Part shown: one piece after another, positions 26,432-32,000 of the stretch
Layout of the letters: every line of letters starts with the position of its first letter
Position numbering within the stretch: the first letter of the stretch is position 1
DNA from: Oikeobacillus pervagus
GTDB lineage: Bacteria > Bacillota > Bacilli > Bacillales > DSM-23947
Length of the DNA stretch: 32,000 nucleotides
Reading direction: 5' to 3'
Assembly (NCBI RefSeq): GCF_030813365.1
Contig: NZ_JAUSUC010000008.1
Span: 1 to 32,000 of the forward strand
Program-made: the position numbers and the translations under genes
The notes under the pieces: generated by a model
Told to the model about the DNA's origin: nothing
Seen by the model: the letters and a program-made list of their open reading frames with translations, nothing else
The model's database searches: none

Positions 26432-27233
26432 AGCGATTGTTATTACATCAGGTAAAGGTGGAGTAGGAAAAACAACGACCTCTGCTAATTTAGGTACAGC
26501 ACTTGCTCTCCAAGAAAAGAAAGTGTGTTTAGTAGATACGGATATTGGACTTCGAAATTTAGATGTGATTATGGGATTAGAAAATCGCATTATTTGTAAT
26601 TTAGTAGATGTTGTGGAAGAACGCTGTAAGCTCCATCAAGCATTGGTTAAGGATAAGCGATTTGAGGATCGATTATATTTACTTCCTGCGGCACAAACGA
26701 GTGATAAAAATGTGGTCTCACCAGAACAAATGAAGAAATTAATAGATGAATTGAAACAGGAATTCGATTACATATTGATCGATTGTCCAGCAGGAATTGA
26801 GCAGGGATTTAAGAATGCTGTTGCAGGTGCTGACCAAGCTGTTGTTGTCACAACTCCGGAAAAAGCTGCAGTACGCGATGCAGACCGAATCATTGGATTG
26901 TTAGAGAAGGATGGCAGAATCGCTAGACCTAAATTAGTCATTAACCGTATTCGACCTAAGATGATGGAGAATGGGGAAATGCTAGATGTAGATGAAATCA
27001 CTACCCATTTATCGATTGATTTACTTGGTATAGTAATAGATGATGAGAATGTAATAAAATCCTCTAATGAAGGGGAGCCCATTGCACATGATCCGAATAA
27101 TAAAGCATCAATTGCTTACCGAAATATTGCTCGAAGAATTTTAGGAGAGTCTATTCCTCTTCAACCATTAACAGAAGAAAAAGAAGGGGTATTTGCACGG
27201 ATCAAGAAATTTTTTGGAGCAAGATCTAAATAA
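26424..27233 (+). CDS. minD: Septum site-determining ATPase MinD
   Basis: GTG start. Deviant Walker A SGKGGVGKTT. C-terminal amphipathic helix FARIKKFFG. Confidence 0.95.
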   Translation: MGEAIVITSGKGGVGKTTTSANLGTALALQEKKVCLVDTDIGLRNLDVIMGLENRIICNLVDVVEERCKLHQALVKDKRFEDRLYLLPAAQTSDKNVVSPEQMKKLIDELKQEFDYILIDCPAGIEQGFKNAVAGADQAVVVTTPEKAAVRDADRIIGLLEKDGRIARPKLVINRIRPKMMENGEMLDVDEITTHLSIDLLGIVIDDENVIKSSNEGEPIAHDPNNKASIAYRNIARRILGESIPLQPLTEEKEGVFARIKKFFGARSK

Positions 27234-27236
27234 TTG

Positions 27237-27264
27237 AACTGCCACAATTGTAGGCAGTTTTTTC
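27237..27264 (+). terminator. Rho-independent terminator after minD
   Basis: Stem aactgcc / ggcagtt with an 8-9 nt loop, followed by tttttt. Confidence 0.75.
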
Positions 27265-27338
27265 TATTCCACTTTACGGGAAATCCCCCCTACTGAATGA
27301 AGTTTTACTTTATTTGTACTTCCCATCTTATAGGCTTG

Positions 27339-27367
27339 TCATATATTGTGAAGACAAGTCATAAGAT
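27339..27367 (+). promoter_or_regulatory. Candidate sigma-E-type promoter of spoIVFA-spoIVFB
   Basis: tcATAta, 14 nt spacer, CATAagaT, compared with the sigma-E pattern kmATAtt-N14-CATAcanT. The B. subtilis spoIVF operon is sigma-E dependent. The inverted repeat cttgtc/gacaag (27335-27358) overlaps it. Confidence 0.4.
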
Positions 27368-27400
27368 GTTCCCAAAAGGATAAAAAGGGAATGGTGAGGT

Positions 27401-28174
27401 ATGAGAAATCGCGCAGATGAAATTCGTAGACGGATAGCCAAGCGGAACAAGTTAAAACAAAGGAAACAGGAGCGACCATTTAGCCAGTACGATGCCCTTT
27501 GGGTAGAAGAAGAGAATCCATATGAAGACCGTACATTTTCATATGAAGAAGGATCAGATGAACACCACCCATTATTCAAAAAAGAATGGATCATGATGAA
27601 AATATTAGGGGCAGCCTTACTCGTATTATCTACAGCTATCATTATGCAAAACCCATCACCTATTTTTGATGATGGAAAAAAGCTTGTAGAGCATTCGATG
27701 AAAAAGGAATTTCAATTTGCCGCGATTGGGGATTGGTATGAACAACAATTTGGAAAGCCATTAGCCTTTTTGCCGACGAAAAATGAAGGAAAACATGTTG
27801 CCGATCAAGAAAATCAGGCATACGCATTACCGGCATCTGGACGAATTGTGGAGAAATTTGAGGCAGATGGGAAAGGGGTCATGATTGAAATCGGGAAGGA
27901 CGAAAAGGTAGAGGCGATGAACTCAGGACTTGTGATTTTCGCTGGCAAAAAGAAAGACCTTGGAAATACGGTTATTATTCAGCACCCGGATAAAACAGAA
28001 ACATGGTATGGGCATTTACAATCGATAGCGGTTCATCAATATGATCGTGTAGAAGCGGGGAAAACAGTTGGATCAGTGAAGGAACGCGAGGAAGGGCAAA
28101 CTGGTGAATTTTATTTTGCAATGAAAAAGGGGGATGATTTCATCGATCCCATACAGGTGATTACATTTGAGTAA
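27401..28174 (+). CDS. spoIVFA: Stage IV sporulation protein FA (LytM/M23-like domain, regulator of SpoIVFB)
   Basis: MRNRADEIRRRIAKRNK..., one TM helix, and a C-terminal degenerate M23 domain (VIIQHPDKTETWYGHL...VEAGKTVG). Confidence 0.85.
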   Translation: MRNRADEIRRRIAKRNKLKQRKQERPFSQYDALWVEEENPYEDRTFSYEEGSDEHHPLFKKEWIMMKILGAALLVLSTAIIMQNPSPIFDDGKKLVEHSMKKEFQFAAIGDWYEQQFGKPLAFLPTKNEGKHVADQENQAYALPASGRIVEKFEADGKGVMIEIGKDEKVEAMNSGLVIFAGKKKDLGNTVIIQHPDKTETWYGHLQSIAVHQYDRVEAGKTVGSVKEREEGQTGEFYFAMKKGDDFIDPIQVITFE

Positions 28175-29033
28175 ATTCCTGCTTCTATTATCCAAAGTGC
28201 ATATTCACCCCCTTCTTTGGATTGTAATGGCAATCGCCATCTTTACTGGTTATTTCACAGAATTATGGATGGTGCTTTTCATTGTGGTCATTCACGAATT
28301 AGGCCATTCTTTTGCTGCTCAGTATTTCTCTTGGAGGGTTCGAAAAATTTCTTTTCTGCCATTTGGCGGTGTTGCAGAGATGGATGAACACGGGAATCGC
28401 CCATTGAAGGAAGAATTTATCGTCATTTTAGCTGGTCCACTTCAGCATGTCTGGATGGCGATCGCTGCCCTTCTTCTTGAACGATTTGGATTTTTTCCGG
28501 GAATTCAATATGATGTTTTTTTGCAATATAATTGGATGATATTATTGTTTAATCTTCTTCCCATCTGGCCATTAGATGGGGGGAAACTATTGATGCTTGT
28601 TCTCTGTAGAAATCATACATTTTTACATGCGTTGAAATGGTCGATTTTATCTTCATTGATTCTGTTATCTTCGATTAGTTTGCTGACGATTCTTATTTCG
28701 CCAACTCATCTTCATCTATGGTTTGTCATGCTCTATTTATATGTGTCTCTATGGAAAGAATGGAAACAGCGTCATTTTGTGTTTATGAGATTTTTATTGG
28801 AACGTTATTACGGAAAAAAATCAGCCGTGGTTCAACTGGTCCCTTTACATGTATCGGTTGACTCTACATTACCTGTCATTTTAGAGCAATTTCAAAGGGG
28901 AGTGAAGCATCCGATCATCGTATTTCAAAATGGGGAGGAAAAAGGACAGCTTGATGAAAATGAAGTATTACATGCCTTTTTTACTGAAAAACAAACAACG
29001 GCGAAAATTAATGATTTGCTGTACTTATATTAG
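28167..29033 (+). CDS. spoIVFB: Stage IV sporulation pro-sigma-K processing metalloprotease SpoIVFB (site-2 protease)
   Basis: HELGH (HEXXH) in a TM segment, NLLPIWPLDGG motif and a C-terminal CBS-like region. The TTG start overlaps the spoIVFA stop. Confidence 0.9.
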   Translation: MSKFLLLLSKVHIHPLLWIVMAIAIFTGYFTELWMVLFIVVIHELGHSFAAQYFSWRVRKISFLPFGGVAEMDEHGNRPLKEEFIVILAGPLQHVWMAIAALLLERFGFFPGIQYDVFLQYNWMILLFNLLPIWPLDGGKLLMLVLCRNHTFLHALKWSILSSLILLSSISLLTILISPTHLHLWFVMLYLYVSLWKEWKQRHFVFMRFLLERYYGKKSAVVQLVPLHVSVDSTLPVILEQFQRGVKHPIIVFQNGEEKGQLDENEVLHAFFTEKQTTAKINDLLYLY

Positions 29034-29046
29034 GATCTTTTTGATA

Positions 29047-29099
29047 AGGATGTCGATTAAATGTCCCGTACATTTAAGACATCCTCTTTGTGTTTTCGA
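29047..29099 (+). terminator. Long hairpin with U-rich tail after spoIVFB (probable terminator)
   Basis: aggatgtc-ga-ttaaatgt / acatttaa-gacatcct, about 16 bp with a 2-nt bulge, followed by ctttgtgttttcg. Confidence 0.5.
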
Positions 29100-29205
29100 T
29101 TGTGCCTTTTGATTCAGAATGATTAAATAGTAGTAATGCGTTTTGTAGAGTTCTAAAAATAACAAAGTATGCGAAATTGTTAAATAGAAAGAGAAGTGGC
29201 TTTAA

Positions 29206-30663
29206 ATGAATCAGCTTGTGATTAGTACAAAGGGTCGTGAAAAGCGGCTTGCTGTTTATAAAAACCAAGAATTAGAACAGCTTCACGTATTCCAACCTGG
29301 GCAATCATCACTTGTTGGGAATATTTATTATGGAATTGTGACGAAAGTGGAGGCAGGTATGAATGCTTGCTTTGTTCAGATTGGCACAGAAAAAAATGGT
29401 TATTTACACCGAGATCAATTTCCAAATCACCAACATCAGCCGATCCAAAAGCTTGTGCATCAAGGACAAAAAATCATTGTACAAGTTAAAAAAGATGGAA
29501 CGGGTTCCAAAGGTCCAAGATTAACGGCCATTATTGAATGGTCTGGAGAGTTACTCATCTATATGCCTAAAGGAAGATATGTCGCTACCTCCAAAAAAGT
29601 CTCAAACCAAGAGAAAAGAGAAAAATGGAAACGATGGGGAGAAAAGAATAAACGTGAGGAAGAAGGCGTTTTGTTGAGAACGGCTGCATTTTCCAAAACG
29701 AAAGAAATGATTTTAAATGAGTGGAATGCCTTAAGAAATAAACAAGAACAGCTAGAAAAACAGACACAGCATGTAAAGGCCCCAAAGCTTCTTTATGAAA
29801 AGAATGATTTTTTTGAGGAAATCATCTTGCAATTACATCATTTAGAATCAGGGGTGTTGGTAACCGATGATCGCACACTTGTCCAAAAATTATCTGAGGA
29901 GGAAAAAGTAGATTTTTCCCTATGGACTATAGACTACCATTATTCTTCCAGCGACCTTTCTTTCGATCATCAATTAGATATTGAAATTGAAAAAGCGCTG
30001 AAGACAATTGTATGGCTTCCGAGCGGTGGGTTTATCGTCATCGAACCGACAGAAGCGATGACGGTGATTGATGTGAATACTGGAAAGTTTACGGGGAAAA
30101 CTCTTCAGGAGGAAACGATTGTTCAAACGAACTTGCAAGCAGCGAAAGAATTGACTCGACAAATGCAATTACGTGACCTGTCTGGAATGATTATCGTAGA
30201 TTTTATTGATATGAAAAACGAAGAACACCGGAAAAAAGTGAAGCAAGTGGTGGAGCAACAAATAAAGAAGGATGTAAAACATGCCAAAGTACATGAAATG
30301 ACTTCACTGGGACTCTTACAAATTACTCGAAAGAAAACGAAAAAGTCATTAACTGAAACGATTACATCTCCATGTCCTGCTTGTTTAGGGAAAGGACGCG
30401 TAAAAAGTGCGGAAACGATTGCTTTTCAGTTAGAACGGAAAATTTTGGAGTTTGCGCTTGATGACCATGAAGCCATTTTACTTGAAATGACCGAGGATGT
30501 TCATGATATTTTTGTGGGGGAACAATCCCGTGATCTTTCTCATTTGGAAACGCTTATAAAGAAAACATTATTTTATCGTACGAGTCAATCTGCTATTCCT
30601 TATGGCGAAATTCTTCGTTTTGGTACGAAAAATGAATTAAAGGAGATTGGAAAACGTCTGTGA
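29206..30663 (+). CDS. rng: Rne/Rng-family ribonuclease (RNase G / CafA-like)
   Basis: 485 aa. N-terminal S1 domain (GNIYYGIVTKVEAGMNACFVQIGTEKNGYLH). Catalytic-core motifs: VIDVNTGKF, IIVDFIDM and LLQITRKK. Confidence 0.85.
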   Translation: MNQLVISTKGREKRLAVYKNQELEQLHVFQPGQSSLVGNIYYGIVTKVEAGMNACFVQIGTEKNGYLHRDQFPNHQHQPIQKLVHQGQKIIVQVKKDGTGSKGPRLTAIIEWSGELLIYMPKGRYVATSKKVSNQEKREKWKRWGEKNKREEEGVLLRTAAFSKTKEMILNEWNALRNKQEQLEKQTQHVKAPKLLYEKNDFFEEIILQLHHLESGVLVTDDRTLVQKLSEEEKVDFSLWTIDYHYSSSDLSFDHQLDIEIEKALKTIVWLPSGGFIVIEPTEAMTVIDVNTGKFTGKTLQEETIVQTNLQAAKELTRQMQLRDLSGMIIVDFIDMKNEEHRKKVKQVVEQQIKKDVKHAKVHEMTSLGLLQITRKKTKKSLTETITSPCPACLGKGRVKSAETIAFQLERKILEFALDDHEAILLEMTEDVHDIFVGEQSRDLSHLETLIKKTLFYRTSQSAIPYGEILRFGTKNELKEIGKRL

Positions 30664-30669
30664 AAGTAG

Positions 30670-30699
30670 TTGACAGTCTCAGCCTGAAAATGATAATAT
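30670..30699 (+). promoter_or_regulatory. Sigma-A promoter of the rplU-prp-rpmA operon
   Basis: TTGACA (30670-30675), then 17-18 nt, then tgATAATAT (extended -10). Confidence 0.65.
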
Positions 30700-30812
30700 T
30701 TTAATGTTATTGTTTGTAGCACCCGTGCTACAACCGCTCATGAAGGGTTTACAAGATTTTGCCTTGTGCAAAACACCTGAAAATGGCGAGTCTGAGTTAT
30801 TAAGGAGGTGCA
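30700..30812 (+). promoter_or_regulatory. Structured 5' leader of rplU (ribosomal protein L21-leader-like)
   Basis: Hairpin gtagcac-ccg-gtgctac at 30714-30732. cacct (30774-30778) is complementary to the SD aggtg (30805-30809). This is the position of the L21 leader known in Bacillales. No covariance model was run. Confidence 0.4.
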
Positions 30813-30818
30813 GAAGGA

Positions 30819-31127
30819 ATGTACGCAATTATTGAAACTGGCGGTAAACAAGTAAAAGTTGAAGAAGGTCAAACAATCTACATCGAAAAGGTAAATGCTG
30901 CAGAAGGTGATACTGTAACATTTGACCAAGTATTATTTGTAGGTGGCGACAATGTTCAAGTAGGAAGCCCAATCGTAGAAGGCGCTACTGTAACAGCAAA
31001 AGTTGAAAAACAAGGTCGCGCAAAAAAATTGGTTGTATTCAAATACAAACCTAAAAAGAACTATCGACGTAAACAAGGTCATCGTCAACCATATACGAAA
31101 GTTGTTATTGAAAAAATCAACGCGTAA
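30819..31127 (+). CDS. rplU: 50S ribosomal protein L21
   Basis: [18 protein letters not shown]...; 102 aa. Confidence 0.97.
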   Translation: MYAIIETGGKQVKVEEGQTIYIEKVNAAEGDTVTFDQVLFVGGDNVQVGSPIVEGATVTAKVEKQGRAKKLVVFKYKPKKNYRRKQGHRQPYTKVVIEKINA

Positions 31128-31139
31128 GGCGATGAATGT

Positions 31140-31472
31140 ATGATTAAAGTTCTGATACAAAAAGATTCTTCTGGCAAAATTCGTTCATTTACAATGGATG
31201 GACATGCCAATTTTTCAAAGCATGGAAAAGACATCGTTTGTGCAGGAGCATCTGCCGTATCATTTGGGACATTGAATGCCATCATGTCCATTACAAAGGT
31301 GGAGCCAATCATTGAGCAAGGTGATGATGGTGGTTATATCAAATGTGTATTTCCAAATGATCTTCCTGAAAGTGTAGAGGAACAAGTTCAACTGCTTCTT
31401 GAAGGAATGATTGTCTCATTGCAAACGATTGAACGTGATTACGGAAAATATATAAAAATTACCTTTCAATAG
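31140..31472 (+). CDS. prp: Ribosomal-processing cysteine protease Prp (YsxB)
   Basis: 110 aa, lying between rplU and rpmA. It has the GHA...DIVCAGASA motif with the catalytic Cys/His context. Confidence 0.9.
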   Translation: MIKVLIQKDSSGKIRSFTMDGHANFSKHGKDIVCAGASAVSFGTLNAIMSITKVEPIIEQGDDGGYIKCVFPNDLPESVEEQVQLLLEGMIVSLQTIERDYGKYIKITFQ

Positions 31473-31484
31473 GAGGTGGAATGA

Positions 31485-31775
<291 letters not shown>

Positions 31776-31786
31776 TGGATTCAGAG

Positions 31787-31824
31787 AAAAGCCCTAACCA
31801 AATGGATGGTTAGGGCTTTTCAAT
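31787..31824 (+). terminator. Rho-independent terminator after rpmA
   Basis: 13-bp stem aaaagccctaacc / ggttagggctttt followed by a U-rich tail. Confidence 0.8.
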
Positions 31825-31944
31825 ATTCTTTAAGAATGGTACCGAAAGACTTTTCAGACCATCGGAGACCATAAGCGCGAAAATCACAGGGATACGAAAA
31901 ATGAGCAAAATCTCTAAATGGCTTCTTGCTTATGGATGTATAAG

Positions 31945-31973
31945 CTGACAATCGGGGAAATCTATCATAATAT
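31945..31973 (+). promoter_or_regulatory. Candidate sigma-A promoter for the next downstream gene (beyond the window)
   Basis: ctgaca, 17 nt spacer, taatat. Confidence 0.3.
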
Positions 31974-32000
31974 GCGTGCTCATTTAGATGATTTTCTGTT

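Overview
This window is a chromosomal segment from a low-GC, endospore-forming Bacillaceae-type genome. The backbone matches the Bacillus subtilis order comC-spoIIB-maf-radC-mreBCD-minCD-spoIVFA/FB-rplU-ysxB-rpmA, with an Rne/Rng-family RNase added before rplU. (1) At the position where B. subtilis has only comC there is a complete Gram-positive type IV pilus locus, pilB-pilT-pilC-pilA-pilD-pilM-pilN-pilO. Three co-oriented accessory genes precede it: an acidic membrane protein, a PRC-barrel protein and a VanW-like protein. A divergent operon encodes two minor pilins and a 703-aa PilX-like, beta-helix-repeat protein. (2) The most unusual feature is that radC is split into three exons by two different group II introns only 63 nt apart, both inside the region coding the JAMM/MPN motif. 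Joining the exons restores a colinear RadC of about 229 aa. Intron 2 (2.5 kb) carries an RT/maturase ORF whose HNH tail is broken by two single-A losses in A-runs. Intron 1 (1.3 kb) has lost its RT domain but keeps the ribozyme landmarks. A probable third intron 3' end lies at the window start. (3) The 3D-domain, coiled-coil cell-wall protein gene at 261-1397 has a perfect WalR-type TGTAAT-N5-TGTAAT box upstream. I saw no rRNA, tRNA or CRISPR array. All functional calls rest on motifs read from the translations and on remembered synteny. No database search was run.
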